Positions 12,501 through 19,690 of a DNA stretch of 64,000 nucleotides are shown here, piece by piece (position 1 is the first letter of the stretch; each line of letters starts with the position of its first letter). Source of the stretch: a virus. The stretch is from positions 1 to 64,000 of IMG/VR virus record IMGVR_UViG_3300010354_015978; one strand, written 5' to 3'. Both the position numbers and the translations under genes were made by a program. The notes below the pieces were generated by a model that had not been told where the DNA came from, did no database searches, and saw only the letters and a program-made list of their open reading frames with translations.

Positions 12501-15500
12501 CACCACAGTCATGAACCTAGACACTCCAGGCGCTGTGGGTGTCAGCATCAATGGTGCTTATCTGTTGCCCACCACAGACAACGTGGGAGGACAGTTTGTG
12601 GCCAGTGGCGGAAGCTCGGCACAGACTGTGACCTTGATCAATACCACGGTCAACGTTGGCGACATTGTACAAGTTGACACCAACCAAATCTCACTGGTGG
12701 CCGCAGCGGCCATGGATACACCTGTGGCTGGAAGCCAGTTTGGTTGGGACATAGATCAGTGCGTGTTTGGCTGTAGCCTGCTGGCAGGTGCACCCAACGA
12801 TCCAACCAGTATTATCGCAGGCGGCCGAGTTGAATTCTGGCAGAACATTCCCAGATACTATGGTGCCATCACTACCGAAGTCGCCAACCCCACACTGACC
12901 ATTGGCAACTACATTGCCATCAATGGCTACTATGTGGAATGTACTGGTAGCACCGTGGAACAGTTGGCCGCAGACATCGTGGCAGCGAAAATTCCTAATG
13001 TCACAGCCTATACCACACCCAACATCCAGTATCCTGGTGATAACCGCACCAAGATTTTCCCAGTGGGCAGCATTTACACAGATGCCACGTCATATACTCC
13101 TGTGGTTTACGTAGATGATGTCTTGCAAACCTTGGGCGTGGACTACACCTACGATGCCGCAGCCGAAGAGATCATCTTTGTTGTTGCACCGTTTGTAGAA
13201 ACCACGGTGACCGTGGTGTCGGGTCGATTGACCATATCGGTCAAGAATTCCGACGCTGCTACCACACTGGACAAATTGAACCTGGCTCCGGGTACCGGGA
13301 CATTGTTCGCAGATCTTGGCATCAGCATCCTGCAACGCCAGCAGATCATACGCAGCCCACGTAGCGAAGCCTTTGCTTACTTTGGTGAGAGACTCAAGCT
13401 CAGCGATGACACCTTTACACTGGTGGTAGGCGCGCCCAATGGCAGCATGGTATTGGACACAAACTTTGATCGTGGCAACACTGTGTTTGACAGTGATGGT
13501 ACCACGTTCTCCGATACTATAGCACAGAGTGGTGTGGCCTACAGTTACGACGTACTGAGCCCGGCCAATCCCAGCCCCACCAATCCCCCGCGCTTTATCT
13601 TTGGACAGCAGTTTACCGACAACAACGCTGCATCGCTGGATAGATTTGGTGCGGCCCTGGATCTCACCACTGGTCAGCTCTTGATTGGATCGCCCGGCAG
13701 TGACCTGGATGACAGCGCCTTGGCTGATTATGGCAAGGTGGCGCAGTATCGAAATCTACAGGATCTTCCGGCCTGGCTGCCGGTGCGTGTGCAGCAGCCC
13801 GAAGTGGATGTTAATCTGCTCAACACCATATTCATGTATGATCGCATCAGTGGTCAAGAAAAACAATATTTTGATTTCATGAATCCCATCCAAGGGCGAT
13901 TGTTGGGTGTGGTCAAACAAAACATAGACTATATCGGTGCTGTTGATCCTGCGTTCTACAATCAAGGACCGGTTAACAACAACGGCAGCCGTTGGGGGCA
14001 ACAGGAAGTTGGCCGCATCTGGTGGAACATAGGTAACATCCGGTACATTGACCCCAACCAGGACGACATAGTGTATGCCAGCCGACGCTGGGGACAACTA
14101 TTCCCGGGCAGCGTGGTAGAGATCTATCAGTGGGTGGTCAGCGATGTACCGCCTAGCGAATACGTGGGTCCTGGCCTAGTGTTTTCCACGCAGAGCTTCG
14201 TGGTCAGCGCCGAGATCAATGAACAAGGTTTCCTGACCACGCAATACTTCTTCTGGGTCACAGGTATCGACACGGTGAACACCGCAGCTCGCAAGACGCT
14301 CAGTACCGTGACATTGACACGTTACATCGAAAACCCCCGCGCCAGCGGCATCAGTTACCTGGCACCGCTCAGCAGCAGCGCAGTGGCCATCTTCAATGGT
14401 CTGCCCTACATCAGTGCCGAAGACACGGTGTTGCATATAGAATTTGATAGACAGTACAACGATCAACCTGTACACGTAGAATATCAGCTGATCCCAGAAA
14501 ATCGTGCGGAAGGATTCCTCAGTGAGGGACTCTACAAGAAGTTCTTGGACAGTATGTCTGGCGCAGACACCTTTGGCAATGCTGTGCCTGATCCCATGCT
14601 GACACCCAGCGAGAAATACGGTGTTCAATTCCGCCCGCGACAGAGTTTCTTTGCGAATCGCTTCTTGGCTCTCAAGAACTATATCCAGACCACCAACGCG
14701 ATCCTCAAACAAATTCCCATTGTTGAACAACGCAGGTTCAACATTCTCAACAGTTTTGATCCACCACCGGCCAAGCGCCTGGGTCTATGGGACTTGGCAT
14801 TGCCCACATTCCAAGAATTGCTGTATCAAGATCTGCGCCAAGTGCCCATCGGCTACCGCTATCTAGTGCTCAGCGACGAGACCAACAACGGTCTCTGGGA
14901 TATCTATACTGTGATCGAAGGCGATAACCCCATAGGCAAAGACCTGCGCATTACTTTGGTGCAAAACTACGACACTCGCAAATATTGGTCCTATGTAGAC
15001 TGGTATCGCCCTGGTTACAACCCCAGTTCGAGAATCGTTACAGAAGTTCGCAACGTCGCAGCCTTGGTGACCTTGGATGTGCCGGTGGGCAGCGCAGTCA
15101 AGGTTCAGTACACCAACACACCCATACGGGTGTTTGACGGCAGTGAATTTATTGACGCCGAGATAGAATTTCCAGTGGGCGGCGCGGTAAGGGTGGGTGT
15201 GCCTGGTTCCGACATCTGGGAATTGTATCAACTTGAATACGTAGACGAAGCCAATAACATCACTGAGTGGGTTCGTGTGGGCCGTAAAGACGGTACCATA
15301 CAGATATCTGACAGCATCTGGAACTACGGAATTGGTAACTTTGGTTACGATCGCGAAGCCTTTGATGCGCAGTATTTTGATCAGGCCCCCATAATTGAAA
15401 CACGCAAAATCATCGAAGCCATCAACCAAGAACTGTTTGTCGACGAGCTCTTGATTGAGCGTAATCGATTGTTGAGCTTGATGTTCAACTTCATACTCAG

Positions 15501-18500
15501 CGAGCAGCAGGCTCCCAACTGGCTGACCAAGACCAGTTTGATCAATGTCAATCACATTGTGCGAGACTTGTTGCCCTATCAGAATTACCGACGTGATAAT
15601 CAGGACTTCATACAAGATTACATCAACGAAGTCAAGCCTTATCACGTACAGATCAAAGAGTTCAGCCTCAAGTACAATGGTGAAGACATCTATCTTGGTA
15701 ACTTGACTGACTATGACCTACCGGCCTACTTTGACGTGTCAGAAAACATGTATGTGAGCCCGGTGTTGGACGACAACAATCCACCCATCTACAGCACAAC
15801 CAGCAGCATACCCAGCACCAGTCCGGTCTGGCAGACATTCCCCTACAACCAGTGGTTCAACAACTACAAACTGTCAATTGAGTCTGTCACGGTATTGGAT
15901 GGCGGATCTGGATACACTGTGCGTCCCGTGGTCACTGTGCTGGGCTCGGCTGTGCGCGCCGCGCAAATGACTGCGCGTATCAACAGCGCGGGTCAAGTGG
16001 TAGAGATCATTGTCAACGATCCCGGCGAAGGCTACAGCACCGCGGCCACCATAGTGATATCAGGCGGCAATGGCTCCGGTGCCCGTGCAGTGGCCACCAT
16101 GATCAACCCCTTGGTGCGCAGCATCAATACCACTATCAAGTACGATCGTTACCAATATCGCAGCGACATCGTGGAATGGCAGGCCAATGTAACATATCCC
16201 GCCAACACCAAGGTTCGCTATGCCAACGTAGTCTGGACCAACGCTGCTGCTATCAACACTGCAACCTTTGATCCCGACGACTGGACCAAGGTCAGTGCGG
16301 GTAGTCTCAGTGGTGTTGACCGCACCATGGGCTTCTATACGCCCACTGCCACCATGCCAGGTCTTGATCTCAGCCAACTGATATCCGGTGTAGACTATCC
16401 CGGTGTACAAGTGGCAGGTTTGGACTTTACTTTCAGCAGCGGTTTTGACGCCGGCGCCTACGTCAAGCGCAATTTTGATGTGGCCACCAGCACGGATCCA
16501 CTGTACATAGAAGGCTACAGAGACGAGACCTGGAGCCTACAGGCACCCGAAAAGGATCCGCCCAATCGTGTGTTCACACCCGCGGAGTGGGTGGCTGATC
16601 GTTGGACCGGCGGCGCAGGGTTTGACTCTGTCCCCTACGACAACTACAGCATCAGCGCCGAAGGCCTGGTCACTTATGATCCTGCCATCCTGGATGCCAT
16701 ATACGAGTCACCGTTTGACGATCCGTATCTAGGCACGCGCACCACTGACATCAACGTGGATGGCGGAGCCTTTGTTGACACCTACAGCAGCCATGCACCC
16801 GAAGAACTGGTACCGGGCATCGCGTTTGATACCCTGGACCTGCGTGTGTACACCAGCCCCGGCGATGACTGGCAAGTCAATGGTCACGGTTGGCCCCTGA
16901 GTGTGTTCAATACTTCATGGAACGTGTCCGCACCAATCGTGAGCTTCAAAGACCGATTGACCTATCCAGTCGCGGTGATTGTGTACAACCTGACCAATCG
17001 CCAGCGCTTGGATCTAGGAACTGATTACACCGTGGATTGGGTAAACTATACTATCACACCCTTCCACAATGTGGCCAATGGTGACGTCCTGTCGGTATAT
17101 GTCTACGCCCTGGGCGGCGGACACCAGATCGTGACCCGCACCCTGCTGGGCAGCGAGATGGACTACAGCAGTCTCAGTGTGCTCATGGAAGTGCCCTACA
17201 GCATCGTCACAGAGTTTGCAATATTTGCCAATGGTGTACCCATCACAGATTACACCTTTGAGCCTGCACCTGGCGCGCCCGGCTTCACGCTGATAACATT
17301 CAGCCAAAACGACAGCACGATCTTTGGCGCCGATGATCGCGTGACCATCACAGCCATGGGCGCATCGGACATCCAGCCCAATACCACCTGGAGCCTACCG
17401 CTCACACAGTATGTTGTATCAGATGGCAGCGACTTCTTTACACTCACCAACAGTCTACAAGGTGTCAATCCCATCAATCTTGTGGTGTGCAAAAACGGCA
17501 AACGTGCTCGACCCAGCCAGTGTGCTCGTTACTACGGCGATGGCACCACCACCACTTACAACTTGCCCGTGGAAGAGGGCTATGATCAAGCCATTGTGGC
17601 CGACAACGATGTGTCTGTGTACATTAACAATCGTCCCTTGACACTGGGTGTTGATTTTATTGTCAATCCCTACGATGACAGCAGCATTGAACGCACCGTG
17701 ACGCTGACCGCGACGCCGGCCACAGGCGCGGTGATCGTGATCGCAGTGAGAACAGCAGCTCAGTATTGGGTGATCGGTGACACTATTGTGTTCCAAGCTC
17801 AACAAGGACTCAAACCTGTGGTAGGCGATGTGATATCTGTGACATCCTGGAACGATACTGCGTATCAGGATCTATTGACACAGGTATTTGTGGGACCGCG
17901 CACACAGGGCATCGTGACCACACAAGGCTTTGACGACACCTTGTTTGACGAGGGCAACATCAACGAAGAGCCCGGCGCGTTTGATTACAGCGCCGGCAAC
18001 CAGATACTGAGTAATCGTTTCAATCTTGGATTTGAAGTCACCAACAACAGCCGACTCACAGTGAGCCTGGATGGCAACTTCTTGTTCCCAGATCGAGGGT
18101 TCACAGTCAGTGGACCGTTCCTGACTGTACAGGGTCCTATACTGAACAAAGCGCAGGTGTTGACTGTGACCAGTTGCACCATGCGCGTGGTACCTGCGGC
18201 ACAGAGATGGCGCATCTTCCAAGACATGCGTGGCCTACAGCGATTGTACAGGATCACTCCGCAGACCACTACCAGACTCACACAGGACTTGTCTGCCACC
18301 AGTGACATCATCCATGTAGAGGATGCCCGCAAGTTAGATATTCCGGACTTGCAGGATGGTATTTTTGGTCTCATTACCATCAACGGTGAGCGCATCGCCT
18401 ACAGAAACATTGACTACAACACCAACATCATCAGCGGGCTCAGACGAGGCACCGCCGGTACTGGCGCAGCCAATCATGTCGCAGGTGCTGAAGTCACTGA

Positions 18501-18870
18501 CATCGGACGGGGTAATCTGTTCCCGGCGTTCTATCAGAACCGAGTGCTGGCCTACGACGCCATCGGCGACGGCACTACCCTGCAATTCGAGGCCGAGGAC
18601 ATCAATCTCAACTACCTAGCAGACAGCACCGCAGTATTGGATCAAGTGGTCTTGGTATTCATCGCAGGTGAGCGCGTGACCACGGGTTACACTATTACGA
18701 ACACCTTCCCGCTGACCGTGGTGTTTGACGACCCCCCGCCCTATGGGTATCAAGTGTCCATTAGGATATATCAGGGACAAGTGTTCTACGACAACAACGG
18801 TAACCTGGTGCCCTTACAGGGCTTGAGCACAGGCGCATCTCTGTTTCTCGGTGCCCCTAGAGGAGAATAA
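3514..18870 (+). CDS. Giant (5118 aa) virion structural protein, baseplate wedge/tail-associated
   Basis: Uninterrupted 15.4-kb ORF directly after the gp6-like gene. It contains FG-GAP-like repeats (FGxxV...GAP), repeated V.NG...DYT beta modules, GGSGY repeats and YINEVKPYH. Confidence 0.75.
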   Translation: MALRRTIDLLPEIFKTEATRQFFAASIDQIAQEPSLKRIQGYVGRKVGAGVNPLDNYVTEPTATRTDYQLEPGVVFLRPDTSTAFDAITYPGMIDALNANNANTRREDRLFEQQYYAWDPFCDLDKFSNYSQYYWLANGPDPVDVSATAIPLTDDFTVTRNVLDYNFSGIDGGNPVITLARGGSYNFAVNQPGHKFYIQTAPGVSGTLPSSPNISSRNVLGVLNNGDDNGTVQFNVPRKDAQNFYFGLAQLDTPVDLVTETLLFNQVNNVYVEDFLANNPTGIDGITELNGLNLVFTNRIGDVNGGGWKYESQYDPLIRTTPDRVGYYISYDIVPRTTPDRYSTTVSYDIVTRTVANRVAQNESFDIDGYGYDSNLQPYAFPILVTRGPFDPADGQPGTFDYDPQDSSEEYGFDQPEIEVITGGPADPLDGTPGTFDASPYEQPQVLVVSGPPDPLDGQEGSYDSLPFDEQTPITARNTRYSVWQIQYVYTGDRPYMRLASVADIPQDTRFRVRYGAEYSNTEWWKDQTGFIVRVPSLSAVLDELWYQDSSNPDIFGQIKLVDIANPQPISIDDIIGATNYTSPNGVKFTNGLMIQFRGPTFPEQYRNQKFYVEGVGTGPGIGKRVGFVDGQAYFGPFHIYQGVKLTGALHDETTFQQIIYDTAIESIINAGRAFTPEREVDRARSGLGSQAIDGVLKNNGIILVPVSEMVTPEPYNPDVLEPFDGNAVLLGTFNVVNSQDPLYVRGVRNVTWAPLYQWNESLQQYVEISQGTETFTPDQWVSDRWGGGVGFDNGGFDNTLNSPVTPDYITINRASSDRNSWSRNNRWFHKDVIAYTAELNKNYPVYDNNLRAKRPIVEFRPNLRLWNQGTQAKPAVNVIDFNTTDAISQVNGQIGYGADGYEFRNGSRIIFAGDTDLQVRNKIYRVEFFDPDDSGKLIIRLVPEVNNDALINQTVTCLNGATQQGKVFWFDGATWLDGQQKTGVNQPPLFDVYDLDGVSFSNQAKYPSTTFRGSRLFGYARGETAVIDPVLGFPFKYRNIDNIGDIVFENYLYTDKFVYVRDRVSYEMDVGDGFVRQYQDRVSFFDQIGWQPAAARSRQRQVFRFIYNDEPLLLDVPIDTATVFAPVQMFINGVFVDPTKYTVTTTALNATITLVDPPPVGTTIEVQMFGPEPSDFAFYQIPVNLENNASNDDPIDFTLGGIRNHYGTIGQNLRNIQGPVNGANNTRDLGNIIPWGNSIIQNSAPLVLPSVFWRRGEFAFFQSLEFSSREYTKYKALLLDLAAKGDFINYTPTQILDLVVEQISLGKTEQFPFYWSDMLPSGDVYTELNYTFTPISTNTFDTTRIYDFNSSNYQSVMVFLNGEILTRDYDYIVPDDRAVVIITRTLQDGDQIQLREYANTYGSYVPNTPTKMGMYPAYRPQMYLDESFVEPRMVIRGHDGSITFAFGDFRDQVLLEFETRIFNNIKINTPVPLIAQDVIPGQFRDTGWSLSEITSIMLPSFLTWVGLNSIDYTSQAYTAGNPFTYNYSQSQDKIDRRPLLGNWRGIYNYFYDTLTPNLTPWEMLGFTEQPDWWETRYGPAPYTSGNMVLWEDLAAGYIADPIEPYFDPRFARPGLTSVIPVGSEGEILSPLKSVVGNYDATSFQRSWTFGDDGPVENAWRTSSVYPFAVMRLLALTRPAEFFGLFVDRDRYKFSDTLQQFVWNDRYRINPKDLAPLYGSGTSRASYINWIVDYNQQGGTNSQASLTRDLDNLDVRLCWRLAGYSSKNLLQLFTERSTPQGENRSLLLPDESYQLLLYTNVPQNIVDYSACMVMVSANGWQVIGYDLQRNFFEILQSNIAGPTTTISANGSTERVATSYLDNIVQVPYGFEFTSRAAVCDFLLSYGALLERRGFQFNRTENGYLVDWKQMAIEFLYWSNQGWGLGTAINLNPGGVELLITRPGEIAAPLFPTTAGNYILNQNRGIVPAADLVIERVDNTLRINSLAANTINYVSLKFFSYEHMVILNNRSIFNDLVYDPATGARQNRILVAGAVSNEWNGTVNAPGFVLNQDNIPQWRPNVKYTKGEIVLFKDEYWSASTIIQPTAEFDYSQWIKSDYAEIQKGLLPNSPLSSNELATAYDVYQANLESEVDLFSFGLIGFRPRRYMQLLDLSDISQVNLYKQFLKDKGTTRATDIFNLANLGKEVARYDVYENWAMLRSVYGANANRSFFEVVLNEANLQSNPSIIQIVQSSVDQSEADQKIVLEDVWKSSYALTTPNILPATLNPTVPEQGLPTAGYVNLDDVDITIFDLDQPTDPTITQQINVGTTIWVARVNTYDWNIYRVEKIPATVTQISDNLDGASLVTFTSEHGLGVGDVLIIKYFSTDVDGYYRVLSVPSITTVTIAYEFTGFQTTQEGTGLALTLQTARVSEPSKISELPYATQLFPGVRAWVDQDSQGRWSVLEKTDAFTAGETLTAEVPILASKFGGAISQGLFNRTALIGSPDYNPESLANPPGAIYNFVSDEEERLVQRSATVLNATGASKYGFSIYVGDQTWSVAGAPASNDNVGYATTTYVEPGTQDFTIRQLLVPPDQDFGAAEFGYAVSMSENERWMYIGAPGKNKVYVYDKVDVQEQRVDYVSDGLTNNYTYSNDIIVDYTQPEQIRVFVDDNLLDYQEGDYTVSGGTLYLTVVPEAGADISIRRNQVTQLDRRVVSDYTPQNLYAPRPPLPDSSIPPEGSGAEFIITNQRGIYVLGQITGGIDYRVDDLLRVPATDLETQDVPAPPNLTPTFVTSSVDLITVDDTTGILPGMSVYGTGFVSGQYVTSVINGTQFIVSALPDSAPSGTLTIGHDLLIKITGVDTDGAILSFTANTENAAYPGGVTTGAVFPLDQYLYTAQNIYSFVVNVNNQLYRPHFDYEFNTDSAYNYLELIFNTVPPAGATITVSSDSYYNFNQVLTVPGLAGDARFGHSISVNRTGQLIAVGAPGANAAAGLAYYFVRAAQAFQVQSTDTTTFTTVMNLDTPGAVGVSINGAYLLPTTDNVGGQFVASGGSSAQTVTLINTTVNVGDIVQVDTNQISLVAAAAMDTPVAGSQFGWDIDQCVFGCSLLAGAPNDPTSIIAGGRVEFWQNIPRYYGAITTEVANPTLTIGNYIAINGYYVECTGSTVEQLAADIVAAKIPNVTAYTTPNIQYPGDNRTKIFPVGSIYTDATSYTPVVYVDDVLQTLGVDYTYDAAAEEIIFVVAPFVETTVTVVSGRLTISVKNSDAATTLDKLNLAPGTGTLFADLGISILQRQQIIRSPRSEAFAYFGERLKLSDDTFTLVVGAPNGSMVLDTNFDRGNTVFDSDGTTFSDTIAQSGVAYSYDVLSPANPSPTNPPRFIFGQQFTDNNAASLDRFGAALDLTTGQLLIGSPGSDLDDSALADYGKVAQYRNLQDLPAWLPVRVQQPEVDVNLLNTIFMYDRISGQEKQYFDFMNPIQGRLLGVVKQNIDYIGAVDPAFYNQGPVNNNGSRWGQQEVGRIWWNIGNIRYIDPNQDDIVYASRRWGQLFPGSVVEIYQWVVSDVPPSEYVGPGLVFSTQSFVVSAEINEQGFLTTQYFFWVTGIDTVNTAARKTLSTVTLTRYIENPRASGISYLAPLSSSAVAIFNGLPYISAEDTVLHIEFDRQYNDQPVHVEYQLIPENRAEGFLSEGLYKKFLDSMSGADTFGNAVPDPMLTPSEKYGVQFRPRQSFFANRFLALKNYIQTTNAILKQIPIVEQRRFNILNSFDPPPAKRLGLWDLALPTFQELLYQDLRQVPIGYRYLVLSDETNNGLWDIYTVIEGDNPIGKDLRITLVQNYDTRKYWSYVDWYRPGYNPSSRIVTEVRNVAALVTLDVPVGSAVKVQYTNTPIRVFDGSEFIDAEIEFPVGGAVRVGVPGSDIWELYQLEYVDEANNITEWVRVGRKDGTIQISDSIWNYGIGNFGYDREAFDAQYFDQAPIIETRKIIEAINQELFVDELLIERNRLLSLMFNFILSEQQAPNWLTKTSLINVNHIVRDLLPYQNYRRDNQDFIQDYINEVKPYHVQIKEFSLKYNGEDIYLGNLTDYDLPAYFDVSENMYVSPVLDDNNPPIYSTTSSIPSTSPVWQTFPYNQWFNNYKLSIESVTVLDGGSGYTVRPVVTVLGSAVRAAQMTARINSAGQVVEIIVNDPGEGYSTAATIVISGGNGSGARAVATMINPLVRSINTTIKYDRYQYRSDIVEWQANVTYPANTKVRYANVVWTNAAAINTATFDPDDWTKVSAGSLSGVDRTMGFYTPTATMPGLDLSQLISGVDYPGVQVAGLDFTFSSGFDAGAYVKRNFDVATSTDPLYIEGYRDETWSLQAPEKDPPNRVFTPAEWVADRWTGGAGFDSVPYDNYSISAEGLVTYDPAILDAIYESPFDDPYLGTRTTDINVDGGAFVDTYSSHAPEELVPGIAFDTLDLRVYTSPGDDWQVNGHGWPLSVFNTSWNVSAPIVSFKDRLTYPVAVIVYNLTNRQRLDLGTDYTVDWVNYTITPFHNVANGDVLSVYVYALGGGHQIVTRTLLGSEMDYSSLSVLMEVPYSIVTEFAIFANGVPITDYTFEPAPGAPGFTLITFSQNDSTIFGADDRVTITAMGASDIQPNTTWSLPLTQYVVSDGSDFFTLTNSLQGVNPINLVVCKNGKRARPSQCARYYGDGTTTTYNLPVEEGYDQAIVADNDVSVYINNRPLTLGVDFIVNPYDDSSIERTVTLTATPATGAVIVIAVRTAAQYWVIGDTIVFQAQQGLKPVVGDVISVTSWNDTAYQDLLTQVFVGPRTQGIVTTQGFDDTLFDEGNINEEPGAFDYSAGNQILSNRFNLGFEVTNNSRLTVSLDGNFLFPDRGFTVSGPFLTVQGPILNKAQVLTVTSCTMRVVPAAQRWRIFQDMRGLQRLYRITPQTTTRLTQDLSATSDIIHVEDARKLDIPDLQDGIFGLITINGERIAYRNIDYNTNIISGLRRGTAGTGAANHVAGAEVTDIGRGNLFPAFYQNRVLAYDAIGDGTTLQFEAEDINLNYLADSTAVLDQVVLVFIAGERVTTGYTITNTFPLTVVFDDPPPYGYQVSIRIYQGQVFYDNNGNLVPLQGLSTGASLFLGAPRGE
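4468..4920 (+). repeat. Intragenic tandem repeats: 3 x 51 bp (RTTPDR...SYDIV) followed by 3 x GPxDPxDGxxG(T/S)(F/Y)D
   Basis: The 51-bp units start at 4468, 4519 and 4570; the GPxDP units start at 4675, 4783 and 4864. Confidence 0.8.
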
Positions 18871-18874
18871 ATAG

Positions 18875-19042
18875 ATGATGCACAAAGACCAAGATCAAAC
18901 ACCCCCTGAGCCCAATAAAGTTGAGGCTGAGCCAGCACCAGAACCGCGTCGTCCTGACGACCGGGGATCAGTGCATATTGATGGCTTTGTGCGAATATTT
19001 GATCCCAACACCCAGCAGGTGTTTTTAGAGACCCGTACATGA
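18875..19042 (+). CDS. Small 55-aa protein, paralogous to the N-terminus of the downstream gene
   Basis: Not in the ORF track. Sequence MMHKDQDQTPPEP...SVHIDGFVRIFDPNTQQVFLETRT. TAAATA lies just upstream and the stop overlaps the next ATG (ATGA). Confidence 0.7.
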   Translation: MMHKDQDQTPPEPNKVEAEPAPEPRRPDDRGSVHIDGFVRIFDPNTQQVFLETRT

Positions 19043-19641
19043 ACAACGTACCCGTTACAATCCAAGGTTTTCTCAAGATCTACGACCCCAACAACGGGGA
19101 AATATTCGTGGACAAAAAGAACGCTATACATTATGAAAACATGAGCTTGGCTCTGGCACAGAGCCTGGCCAACAAAAACCTTGGTTTCATCTATGGCATG
19201 GCTTTTGGCAATGGCGGCAGCGCCGTGGACCAAACAGGTATCATCACTTACCTACCGCCCAATACCACCGGGCAAAATGCCAATCTTTACAACCAGACTT
19301 TTTTCAAAGTCGTGGACGATGCCAGCGCAGCCAATACTGATCCTGCTCGCAACAAGCTCACGGTGCTGCACACCGCTGGCACGGTATACACTGATGTTTT
19401 AGTGAGCTGCCTCTTGGATTACGGTGAGCCTGCTGGTCAGCAGGCCTTTGACAACAGCACCAACTTCAACGGCGAATTTGTGTTTGATGAGCTCGGGCTC
19501 AAGGGCTGGGAAGGCGCACCATCTAATCTGTTGTTGCTGACCCACGTGATTTTCCACCCTGTACAGAAGAGCCTGAACCGACAGATACAGATAGATTACA
19601 CTGTGCGCATACAAACTTTGACCAATTTAAGTGCGGCATAA
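19039..19641 (+). CDS. Putative virion/baseplate structural protein
   Basis: 200-aa ORF in the structural operon, with MAFGNGG, FDELGL and THVIFHPVQKSLNR motifs. Confidence 0.6.
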   Translation: MNNVPVTIQGFLKIYDPNNGEIFVDKKNAIHYENMSLALAQSLANKNLGFIYGMAFGNGGSAVDQTGIITYLPPNTTGQNANLYNQTFFKVVDDASAANTDPARNKLTVLHTAGTVYTDVLVSCLLDYGEPAGQQAFDNSTNFNGEFVFDELGLKGWEGAPSNLLLLTHVIFHPVQKSLNRQIQIDYTVRIQTLTNLSAA

Positions 19642-19690
19642 ATATACTGTGAAAACTTGCTGATAAATATCAGAGACACGGAGTGATAGC

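Noticed and set aside
3514-18870. Intein or homing endonuclease inflating the giant ORF
   Set aside because: No intein splice-junction or LAGLIDADG/HNH motifs were recognised.
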